Positions 1 to 6,646 of a stretch of DNA of 33,520 nt are shown here, one piece after another. Within the stretch, counting starts at the first letter, position 1, and every line of letters begins with the position of its first letter. The translations under genes were made by a program, and so were the position numbers. This DNA is from a virus, in IMG/VR virus record IMGVR_UViG_3300025874_000003; one strand, written 5' to 3'. Under the pieces are notes generated by a model. That model was not told where the DNA came from. It worked only from the letters and a program-made list of their open reading frames with translations, and did no database searches.

Positions 1-127
1 CACGAAAACGTATGCGCTGTACGTTATGAGAATATAGAAAAGATACTAGAAGAGCGCGGCACAAGGCTCGACAGATTGGATGGTAAAATTGATGGACTAT
101 ATAAAACAGTCATTGCTTGTTCGCTTA
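1..127. repeat. Terminal overlap, copy 1 (identical to 33394-33520)
   Basis: Base-by-base comparison shows 1-127 equals 33394-33520. This implies a circular or circularly permuted molecule of 33,393 bp. Confidence 0.95.
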
Positions 128-168
128 CTCCTATTATTGTTGTTGTTGCAATTATCAAATTTTTGTAA
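1..168 (+). CDS. 3' part of the junction-spanning gene (same gene as 33340-33520); tail-anchored coiled-coil membrane protein, 73 aa in total
   Basis: Frame 1 is open from base 1 to TAA at 166-168 and continues the frame of the ATG at 33340. The C-terminus TVIACSLTPIIVVVAIIKFL is a transmembrane segment. Confidence 0.6.
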   Translation, partial: HENVCAVRYENIEKILEERGTRLDRLDGKIDGLYKTVIACSLTPIIVVVAIIKFL

Positions 169-673
169 CGCACAAGAAGAGCAAGCCGCCACAGTAGGTG
201 ACTTTGGCTCTAACAACCAGCAAAGCGCTGAGAGCATTGATAACAGGACGACTACGACTATTACTCAAGAAGGCGCTGTAGTTAGCACTGCGGTTGCTCC
301 GAGCGGCTCTAGCTACAATCAGGACGTATGTGTATTCTCTGGTAGTGCTGGCGTACAAACACAAATGTTTGGATTAGCCATTGGCAAGCCTGTCGTAGAT
401 CAAAACTGTGAGCGTTTAAAGCTGTCTAAACAGTTACAGGCTCTAGGTCTAAAAGTGGCTGCTGTTAGTGTTATGTGCCAAGACCATAGGGTATGGTGGG
501 CTTTATATGAATCGGGAACGCCCTGCCCGACTAATCAAGGATTAATTGGAAATGATGCGTACACTTTTTATAAACACCGCCCTGATAGGGTTCCTGATCA
601 GCCTGTCGTTTACCGCGAAGAGTCAAACAGACCTCCAAAACAGTACAGCCGTCATAGACAGCCTAATAAGTGA
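80..673 (+). CDS. Secreted Cys-containing protein of unknown function (start ATG 80 or ATG 92)
   Basis: 197-aa ORF in an AT-rich genome. The N-terminus MDYIKQSLLVRLLLLLLLLQLSNFCNA/QEEQ reads as a Sec signal peptide, and the mature part has four Cys. No in-frame start exists downstream of 168 before 365, so overlap with the upstream gene is obligatory. Confidence 0.6.
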   Translation: MVKLMDYIKQSLLVRLLLLLLLLQLSNFCNAQEEQAATVGDFGSNNQQSAESIDNRTTTTITQEGAVVSTAVAPSGSSYNQDVCVFSGSAGVQTQMFGLAIGKPVVDQNCERLKLSKQLQALGLKVAAVSVMCQDHRVWWALYESGTPCPTNQGLIGNDAYTFYKHRPDRVPDQPVVYREESNRPPKQYSRHRQPNK

Positions 674-1331
674 TGGGGCTAATAATTTCATTTCGCAAAT
701 GGCTGAAAATATGGTCGATGGCACTACTGATATTGTGCATCCTGATACTGGCAAGCAGTACCATGTTACCCAAGAACAACTCAATGCATTTAATGCTGCC
801 TATTCTTTGGCACTCGCCGAATCCACTCAAGAGCACCTCACTGCTCTGCTGATTCAAGATCAGATTATCGGCCAGCAAATTGAATTTGAAGAGCAAAAAA
901 ATACAATGATTAACGAAGCTGAAAAGATGGCTGCCGTTACCGCTATTGCTGCTGAGATAGAGGTTGCCAATGAGTCAACTAAGATCGGCATGGAGAAGTA
1001 TGCAACTGATAACGACTTGCGAGAAATAAAGCAGGATACAAGAGATAAGTATGCGGCTAGTATAGAAGGTATGGTAGTAGCTAGTCGGACTAAAAATATG
1101 CTTGAACAGTACGAAGGAGCAATAATTGAATCAACGACCTTTGTCACACAGGCTTCTGGTACTGTTCAAGCATTCTACGATTCCGCATCTGTACAAATAG
1201 ATCAGATGTACCTAAACCAACTAAACGTAGCTTGGGCTGGTGAAGTCGTAGGTGTAGAGAATCAGTTTTGGCTAGTAAATTCAAATATGCAAGGTGAGTT
1301 CTACCCTGATGATATAGAGATGCAACCATAA
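552..1331 (+). CDS. Secreted helical protein of unknown function
   Basis: The ORF track starts at TTG 546. ATG 552 lies 10 nt after AAGGA (537-541). MMRTLFINTALIGFLISLSFTAKS is a signal peptide. Overlaps the 80-673 gene by 122 nt in another frame. Confidence 0.7.
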   Translation: MMRTLFINTALIGFLISLSFTAKSQTDLQNSTAVIDSLISDGANNFISQMAENMVDGTTDIVHPDTGKQYHVTQEQLNAFNAAYSLALAESTQEHLTALLIQDQIIGQQIEFEEQKNTMINEAEKMAAVTAIAAEIEVANESTKIGMEKYATDNDLREIKQDTRDKYAASIEGMVVASRTKNMLEQYEGAIIESTTFVTQASGTVQAFYDSASVQIDQMYLNQLNVAWAGEVVGVENQFWLVNSNMQGEFYPDDIEMQP

Positions 1332-1726
1332 TGAAAGCAGAGCAAATTAGCACATGGATTGGAATCGCTACAGCCTTTGCGGGTGTAGTAGCCTCGTTTG
1401 TGACAATGGAGACAAAGTTAGAAGCCTTAGAAAATAAAATGGCTGAAATTTATAATGTTGAAGAAATACGTGCGCTTGAGCGTAGATTGACTACACTTGA
1501 GGTAACACAACAGAATAGTGATATAAGCCACATCTCAGCAACCATAGCAACCATACAGGGGAATATTAAAAATGTTGAAACAAAGATTAGTGGAATCAAA
1601 GAAACGGATACAAGTGAAATTCAAAGCGGCGTTCGCGTCAACAAAAGCAGAATTAGCAATCTGGAAAGCAAAATTGAAAGGATTAGTTATCAGGTTGAAA
1701 AAAGCAATCAAAATCCACTAGGGTGA
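1331..1726 (+). CDS. N-terminally anchored coiled-coil membrane protein (i-spanin-like architecture, function unknown)
   Basis: TAATG junction with the upstream gene. N-terminal TM segment ISTWIGIATAFAGVVASFVTM is followed by heptad-like repeats. Confidence 0.7.
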   Translation: MKAEQISTWIGIATAFAGVVASFVTMETKLEALENKMAEIYNVEEIRALERRLTTLEVTQQNSDISHISATIATIQGNIKNVETKISGIKETDTSEIQSGVRVNKSRISNLESKIERISYQVEKSNQNPLG

Positions 1727-1730
1727 TCGC

Positions 1731-2015
1731 ATGGCTAAGAAAGACCCACGACTAGAAAAGAATAACCTAGAGGGCTTTAATAAGCCTAAACGTACACCTA
1801 AGCATGGCACTAAAAGCCATGTTGTTCTCGCTAAAGAGGGCGACAAGGTTAAGCTGATACGTTTTGGCCAGCAAGGTGCAGATACTAAACCGCCAAGAAA
1901 GGGTGAGAGCGATGCTGATAAGGCTAAACGCGCATCCTTTAAAGCTAGACATAAGAAGAATATAGACAAGGTTAAGATGTTAGGCGCATACTGGGCCGAT
2001 AAGGTTAAGTGGTAA
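1731..2015 (+). CDS. Small basic conserved phage protein, unknown function
   Basis: 94-aa ORF starting at ATG with tight spacing to neighbours. The IRFGQQG and AYWADKVKW C-terminal motifs recall a small protein family common in marine phages. That family is recalled from memory and not verified. Confidence 0.65.
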   Translation: MAKKDPRLEKNNLEGFNKPKRTPKHGTKSHVVLAKEGDKVKLIRFGQQGADTKPPRKGESDADKAKRASFKARHKKNIDKVKMLGAYWADKVKW

Positions 2016-2033
2016 ACTAAAGGGAGTTACACA

Positions 2034-3188
2034 ATGGACGCGAATCATTTAGAATTTTGCTCTACTGAGAAGCAACTAACCGCCGTTAAATTATATATAA
2101 AAGGTCACTCTGAGCATCAGGTGGCTAAGTTAATGGGCGTTTCTCGCGCTACCGCACAATCATTTAAAAGAGCTGTAAGAAAGAAAGCCGCTGCAAAAGG
2201 GTATGCCCCTGACAGCGATATGATTAGAATCTGCCCTAGCAATTACAATGTTAAGGGAACCTCTACCCTCTACGGCGATGACGGACAAGTTAAAGTCCAA
2301 TGGGTTAAGACTGACCTAGAGAAAGAAGACCAGCTAGAAGCTGTTGAAATTGCGCTTAAAAACTTCATTAAAGACCACGAAAAACGCTCACCATTCGTAC
2401 CGACACCAACTAAAAGTAAGCGTAGTGATGAATTAGCTGTAGTTAATATCGGTGATGCTCACTTTGGTATGTACGCCCATAAAGACATTAGCGGCGACAA
2501 CTACGATGTAAACATAGCAGCGCAGCGTCACAAAGATGTGTTCATGCGCCTTATGAATAATGCTCCAGATTGCGACACTATCGTTATTAATCAGCTAGGC
2601 GATTACTACCATGCTGATAACTACGAGAGCACGACCACTAAAGGCACACGAGTGGACACAGATGGCCGTTTAGAGCACGTATTCCTTATAGGGCTTGAGG
2701 TTATGTCGTTTATAACTGAAGAGGCTTTAAAGAAGTTTAAGAAAGTAATTGTACGTCACGTTAAGGGCAACCATGATTCTGTTTTGAGCATGGGAATCAA
2801 AGCGCACCAACAGGCATACTGGCGTAACAATAAGCGCGTTAAGATTGAGATGTCACCTGCACCTGCATGGGTATTTGAGTGGGGTAAAACTGCTTTTCTT
2901 GTATCGCACGGTCACGCACCTAAACCTAACAAGCTGGCCGAATACTTCACCGCAAAATATCCTGAAGAGTGGGGCCGAACGAAACACCGCTACTGCTATC
3001 ATGGTCATATACATTCCAAGAATACAGCTATGGAAACTTATGGCGGTTGTATTACTGAATCTTTTGCTGGACTACCTAGTGCTGACGCATGGCATAATGA
3101 GCAAGGGTACGTAAGTGGGCAATCCATGTGCTTGATTGTCTTAGATAAGGAAAAAGGTGAGGTTCGCCGATCTACTGAGAGGTTGTAA
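2034..3188 (+). CDS. Fusion of an N-terminal HTH domain and a calcineurin-like metallophosphoesterase
   Basis: AGGGAG Shine-Dalgarno precedes the ATG. The N-terminus EHQVAKLMGVSRATAQSFKRAV is an HTH. Phosphoesterase motifs are read directly: GDAHFG, GDYYHADN, GNHD, SHGH, GHIH. Confidence 0.75.
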   Translation: MDANHLEFCSTEKQLTAVKLYIKGHSEHQVAKLMGVSRATAQSFKRAVRKKAAAKGYAPDSDMIRICPSNYNVKGTSTLYGDDGQVKVQWVKTDLEKEDQLEAVEIALKNFIKDHEKRSPFVPTPTKSKRSDELAVVNIGDAHFGMYAHKDISGDNYDVNIAAQRHKDVFMRLMNNAPDCDTIVINQLGDYYHADNYESTTTKGTRVDTDGRLEHVFLIGLEVMSFITEEALKKFKKVIVRHVKGNHDSVLSMGIKAHQQAYWRNNKRVKIEMSPAPAWVFEWGKTAFLVSHGHAPKPNKLAEYFTAKYPEEWGRTKHRYCYHGHIHSKNTAMETYGGCITESFAGLPSADAWHNEQGYVSGQSMCLIVLDKEKGEVRRSTERL

Positions 3189-3388
3189 TGACAGAAGTTG
3201 ATAATATTACCGACCACGATGGCTATGATTATTACAATTCAGCAACAGATGATTTGTATCTAAAGATATTGGACTTGATATATGAATATCAGGAAAGAGA
3301 GCTGATAACAGATATAGACGCTGTTGGTATACTTGAATGGGCTAAACACCAGATTTTATCATCGGCTTTTCAAGAAGAGGGAGAGTAA
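3188..3388 (+). CDS. Hypothetical acidic protein
   Basis: 66-aa ORF with a TAATG overlap to the upstream gene. Confidence 0.6.
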   Translation: MTEVDNITDHDGYDYYNSATDDLYLKILDLIYEYQERELITDIDAVGILEWAKHQILSSAFQEEGE

Positions 3389-3389
3389 A

Positions 3390-3641
3390 GTGACATATGT
3401 AGACCCAGTAAATCACCCCGCACACTACACGCATGGCGAGATAGAGACTATTGACTATATTGTTGATGTTTTAGGTGTGGAGGGAGCTATAGAGTATTGC
3501 CACGGTAATGTGATTAAATATACTGGCAGCAGATTAATGACTAAAGAAAACCCAGTACAAGATGCCAAGAAAGCTGTCTGGTATATGACTAAAATGATCG
3601 AACTAATGGAAAGTTTAGGAGAGAATTATGCCCCAAGGTAA
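3390..3641 (+). CDS. DUF3310-like phage protein
   Basis: GTG start at 3390 follows GAGGGAGAG and comes directly after the upstream stop. NHPAHYTHGEIETIDYI...GNVIKY...DAKKAVWYM matches the remembered DUF3310 pattern. Confidence 0.7.
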   Translation: MTYVDPVNHPAHYTHGEIETIDYIVDVLGVEGAIEYCHGNVIKYTGSRLMTKENPVQDAKKAVWYMTKMIELMESLGENYAPR

Positions 3642-3717
3642 AGGTACATACGGTAGCAAAGTAGGCGCACCACCAAAGAAAGGTAAGAAAAAACCAATGA
3701 AGAAGCCTAAGAAATGA
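3628..3717 (+). CDS. 29-aa lysine-rich peptide (MPQGKGTYGSKVGAPPKKGKKKPMKKPKK)
   Basis: ATG at 3628 follows AGGAGAGA. Its TGA overlaps the holin ATG (ATGA). Too short for the ORF track. Confidence 0.4.
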   Translation: MPQGKGTYGSKVGAPPKKGKKKPMKKPKK

Positions 3718-4190
3718 ATTTTAAATCTATTAAGAGCTTAATCGGCGCTGTAGCTCCAGTTCTAGGTACGGCTTTGGGCAGCCCTCTAGGTGGCGCTGCT
3801 GCGTCTGCAATTGCATCTGCTTTAGGTTGTGGAAACGACACTAAAAGCATTGAGAAAGCCTTACAGAACGCCTCACCAGAACAATTGCTTGAAGTTAAGA
3901 AAGCTGAGTTAGATTTTGAAACTAAAATGGCGGAATTAGAAGTAGATATATTTGCTTTGGAGGCAGAAGATGTCAAAAATGCGAGACAGGCACACAAAGG
4001 CGATTGGACACCAAGAATCGTTGCGCTTGTGTCTCTTGTGGGCTTCGTTGGGTATATTTTCCTTGTTACTATCCAGCCACCTGATGCTAATAGCGACACA
4101 ATAGTAAGTTTAATACTGGGTTATATGGGCGGTGTAGTATCTGCCATAACTTCTTTTTACTTCGGTGCGAGTCATAAATCAGATGGGTAA
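3714..4190 (+). CDS. Holin (GTA/3TM-holin-like)
   Basis: Gly/Ala-rich amphipathic N-terminus, a central charged coiled segment, and C-terminal TM segments (IVALVSLVGFVGYIFLV, IVSLILGYMGGVVSAITSFYF). Lies immediately upstream of the endolysin and overlaps it. Confidence 0.6.
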   Translation: MNFKSIKSLIGAVAPVLGTALGSPLGGAAASAIASALGCGNDTKSIEKALQNASPEQLLEVKKAELDFETKMAELEVDIFALEAEDVKNARQAHKGDWTPRIVALVSLVGFVGYIFLVTIQPPDANSDTIVSLILGYMGGVVSAITSFYFGASHKSDG

Positions 4191-4533
4191 GTTTAAATAC
4201 TTTAAAAGAGAAGAGTTTGATTGCCAAGAGACTGGCGAGAATGATATGCAGGATGAATTTATCCATGCGTTAGACGAGCTACGTGAGGCGGCAGGTTTTG
4301 CTTTTACAATTACTTCTGGATATAGAAGTGAAAAGCACTCTATTGAAGCTAAAAAGGCTGCTGGCGGTATGCACACTAAAGGCATTGCCGCAGATATAAG
4401 AGTTAGCAGTGGGGCGCAAAGATTCTTGCTGGCGAAACTAGCGTTCGAGTTAGGGTTTAGTGGTATTGGTATCGCCAAGACTTTTGTACACGTAGATATA
4501 CGCAAGACTGTCCCCGTGCTTTGGACTTATTAG
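4183..4533 (+). CDS. Endolysin, peptidase M15 (D-Ala-D-Ala carboxypeptidase / L-Ala-D-Glu peptidase fold)
   Basis: ATG 4183 overlaps the holin stop by 8 nt, whereas the ORF track starts at GTG 4165. Zn-ligand pattern HTKGIAADI ... HVD and the SGYRS motif are present. Confidence 0.8.
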   Translation: MGKFKYFKREEFDCQETGENDMQDEFIHALDELREAAGFAFTITSGYRSEKHSIEAKKAAGGMHTKGIAADIRVSSGAQRFLLAKLAFELGFSGIGIAKTFVHVDIRKTVPVLWTY

Positions 4534-4739
4534 GTGAGCTGCTTGTCACAAGTGTCGTATTTTTGTGGCTCTCCGTATTTGTATTCAGTCCAGATATGCT
4601 GATCTAAAAGTCTTAGAGCCTCTTGTACAAACTTGAAGTCTTCTTCTCTAATATATGTTTTAAAGGCTATGTGCAGTTGGTAGCGTATCTCGCACAAATC
4701 TTTATAGTTGTCATGCCACTGCCTAGACGTTTGTTTCAT
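4530..4739 (-). CDS. Hypothetical protein, last gene of the leftward arm
   Basis: ATG at 4739 with GGGAGA 7 nt upstream. Its stop codon overlaps the endolysin stop on the opposite strand. Confidence 0.6.
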   Translation of the reverse strand: MKQTSRQWHDNYKDLCEIRYQLHIAFKTYIREEDFKFVQEALRLLDQHIWTEYKYGEPQKYDTCDKQLT

Positions 4740-5184
4740 CTTTTAATCTCCCGAACTCACCCAAAGTTTCAAGAACAACGCCTTGCTGCGCTGCAAATGC
4801 CTGTACGAACTCCATAAACATAAACATTTCCCCTTTATCGTATTCACTTGTACTTTTTAACACTAAGGCGCTAATCCCTGTGTCATGGTTTGTTACTCTT
4901 TTACACAGCCATCTGTAGTCTGCATTGTTATAAGCGGCTTGCTTTAAGATTATCTTGGCGTCATCAACATCCGACTTTTGAATACTTTTAAGCGGAACTT
5001 TAAACCTCCAAGCAGCGTACTCTCTAACCCAGATGTGGAGTAGGGCGCTTTGCGATAATGACCTGTTCGACATGCCTGTTACCTTAACCTTAAACGCTTC
5101 TTTTTTATCTATCAACTCACTAATAGACCTCAGAAAATCATCTACAGAGTCGGGCTTTGCTGGTATAACTATAAATTCACGCAC
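4723..5184 (-). CDS. ninB: NinB/Orf-family recombination mediator
   Basis: GTG start with AAGGTGAG upstream. RSLSQSALLHIW and TSEYDKGEMFMFMEFVQAFAAQQGV align by eye with lambda NinB (RSLDQNRKLW ... TSRMRVGEFAELLELIQAFG). Confidence 0.65.
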   Translation of the reverse strand: MREFIVIPAKPDSVDDFLRSISELIDKKEAFKVKVTGMSNRSLSQSALLHIWVREYAAWRFKVPLKSIQKSDVDDAKIILKQAAYNNADYRWLCKRVTNHDTGISALVLKSTSEYDKGEMFMFMEFVQAFAAQQGVVLETLGEFGRLKDETNV

Positions 5185-5545
5185 CTTTTCTCACCTTTTT
5201 TACTTTACGTTTGTAATGCCTTTCGTTTAACTTTCTAAAGACGTAATCGCCAACATACAGGTCGTAACAGATATTCTTTTTGTTATCGGCCATCCTACAT
5301 ATATCAACTTCATCAAATCCGTTGCGTAGTGCAAACATGGCCAGCGTGCCAAAAGCGTTTACTCTATGAGTGTTGTTTATATTGTCTCGCACTTCAGACA
5401 GTCTTAATTTATTACCAAACATTGAAGTCTGTATATCCCACGGGTTAAACCTTTCGCTTACGCCCCCGTTATCAACTCCTAACTCGGTTATTGTGCTTGT
5501 TTGACTACCACTTGCTGTTGTTGTCGCTTGAGCGGTGTACTGCAT
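5177..5545 (-). CDS. Hypothetical protein
   Basis: The ORF track starts at TTG 5557. ATG 5545 (MQYTAQ...) has GGAGG 5 nt upstream and is preferred. Confidence 0.65.
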   Translation of the reverse strand: MQYTAQATTTASGSQTSTITELGVDNGGVSERFNPWDIQTSMFGNKLRLSEVRDNINNTHRVNAFGTLAMFALRNGFDEVDICRMADNKKNICYDLYVGDYVFRKLNERHYKRKVKKVRKGA

Positions 5546-5556
5546 AAAATCCTCCA

Positions 5557-5577
5557 ATTTTGGGAGGTATTACATTA
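5557..5577 (+). repeat. Solitary copy of the 21-bp motif (ATTTTGGGAGGTATTACATTA)
   Basis: Matches the tandem copies at 11672-11738 at 19 of 21 positions. It is in + orientation inside the minus-strand operon. Confidence 0.85.
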
Positions 5578-5612
5578 GATTTTTAACCTAATGCAATACC
5601 CATGCACACTTC

Positions 5613-5906
5613 CTAGAATGGAATATCGTCATCAAAGTCAATCGGTGCAGCCTGTTGCGGTTGCTGCTGTTGCTGCGGTTGTTGCTGTTGCTGACCTTGG
5701 AACGCATTAGCCTTTACTTCATCGACTGCTTTAAAGCTAAACTTCACACTTGGCGCTTTAGGATTGCCGTTTGGGTCGCGCTTCCAACCTGACACGTAGT
5801 ATTCAACACCACCTACCATCGCCTTACCAGTAAAGTGCGGGTGCTTATCAGAAGCTCTATCTTTAGCTGGCCATAATGCGCCTTTGTTATCGTCGTTGTA
5901 TTCCAT
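5613..5906 (-). CDS. Mini SSB-like protein with a Q/P-rich linker and a canonical SSB C-terminal tip
   Basis: 97 aa. The last eight residues DFDDDIPF equal the E. coli SSB tip. A QGQQQQQPQQQQQPQQ linker precedes it. The N-terminal domain is only about 65 aa. Confidence 0.65.
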   Translation of the reverse strand: MEYNDDNKGALWPAKDRASDKHPHFTGKAMVGGVEYYVSGWKRDPNGNPKAPSVKFSFKAVDEVKANAFQGQQQQQPQQQQQPQQAAPIDFDDDIPF

Positions 5907-6020
5907 ATTATCTCTCTTTAGTCTAGGTGGAAAATAACTCTCAAATTTAAGAGTAGTTTTAAGTTAATTAAGGTGCTGGTAGATAAGCTAAACCGACCAG
6001 CGGCGGCGCGAAGGACGAGC

Positions 6021-6332
6021 TTATCTTCGGTTTTTTCTAGTTGGTGCTAATGGCTTGTCCTGATCAGGTAAAAACCACTGAGCGACCTTAACTTTTGTGT
6101 CCCATCTATTTCTAACGCCGACCATTCGAGTAACAACTGGCAAGCCCATACTTCTTAACTCTGATATTCTTGCTGTAGGATTCATAATCCCATGATCATT
6201 TAGGCAAGACATTCTTGTAAGCATCTCACCATTTTCTAGCGCTACTTGCAGCCTTTCACACTGGCTTAACTTTTCTTCTTCTTCTCTGCGAGCATCAGCT
6301 TCTTCGTTTATTTGTTTAAGCTCTTGAAACAT
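6021..6332 (-). CDS. Winged-helix DNA-binding protein
   Basis: LTRMSCLNDHGIMNPTARISELRSMGLPV resembles the wHTH pattern in which an ARI.eLR..G motif follows the recognition helix. TAATG coupling to the upstream gene. Confidence 0.55.
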   Translation of the reverse strand: MFQELKQINEEADARREEEEKLSQCERLQVALENGEMLTRMSCLNDHGIMNPTARISELRSMGLPVVTRMVGVRNRWDTKVKVAQWFLPDQDKPLAPTRKNRR

Positions 6333-6541
6333 TAGTGCATCTCCTTTTTTTTAGTACCTTTAAGTTTCAAACTTTCGTCTAAAATAGTTTTTGACACTTC
6401 GGCTATAACGGCATGAAAAGCCATTAAATTCTTTAATGAACCCATCTCGTAAAGTGTTGAAGCGCCCTCAATCATTAAAGATAAAACATAAAAGTTTTCA
6501 TTTTCTATCTTTATTATTTTCATCTCTATCGGACTTTCCAT
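6332..6541 (-). CDS. Hypothetical protein (alternative start ATG 6616)
   Basis: ATG 6541 has GAGG 6 nt upstream. The longer form would add a hydrophobic and poly-Lys/Arg N-terminus encoded by a purine run. Confidence 0.5.
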   Translation of the reverse strand: MESPIEMKIIKIENENFYVLSLMIEGASTLYEMGSLKNLMAFHAVIAEVSKTILDESLKLKGTKKKEMH

Positions 6542-6646
6542 TCTTAACCTCTTCTTTTTTCTTTTCTTTCTTACCGAAAATAGAATCAAAATTATTATTG
6601 AACTTTTCTCGATCATAAGGGCGCTGATCAATACCCTTAGTCCCCA

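Noticed and set aside
1-127. Physical direct terminal repeats (T7-like DTR)
   Set aside because: The length equals a common assembler k-mer, the repeat lies inside a coding region, and the junction preserves a reading frame. An assembly overlap of a circular or permuted genome is more parsimonious, though sequence alone cannot exclude a DTR.
1354-1437. Embedded 27-aa ORF with LCGC inside the 1331-1726 gene as a possible o-spanin
   Set aside because: There is no hydrophobic signal sequence before the Cys (MDWNRYSLCGC) and no Shine-Dalgarno, so it does not meet lipoprotein criteria.
3707-4099. 130-aa minus-strand ORF antisense to the holin gene
   Set aside because: The holin frame has clear membrane topology and coupling to its neighbours. 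The antisense product is Ala/Ser-rich and low-complexity, and it has no start context.
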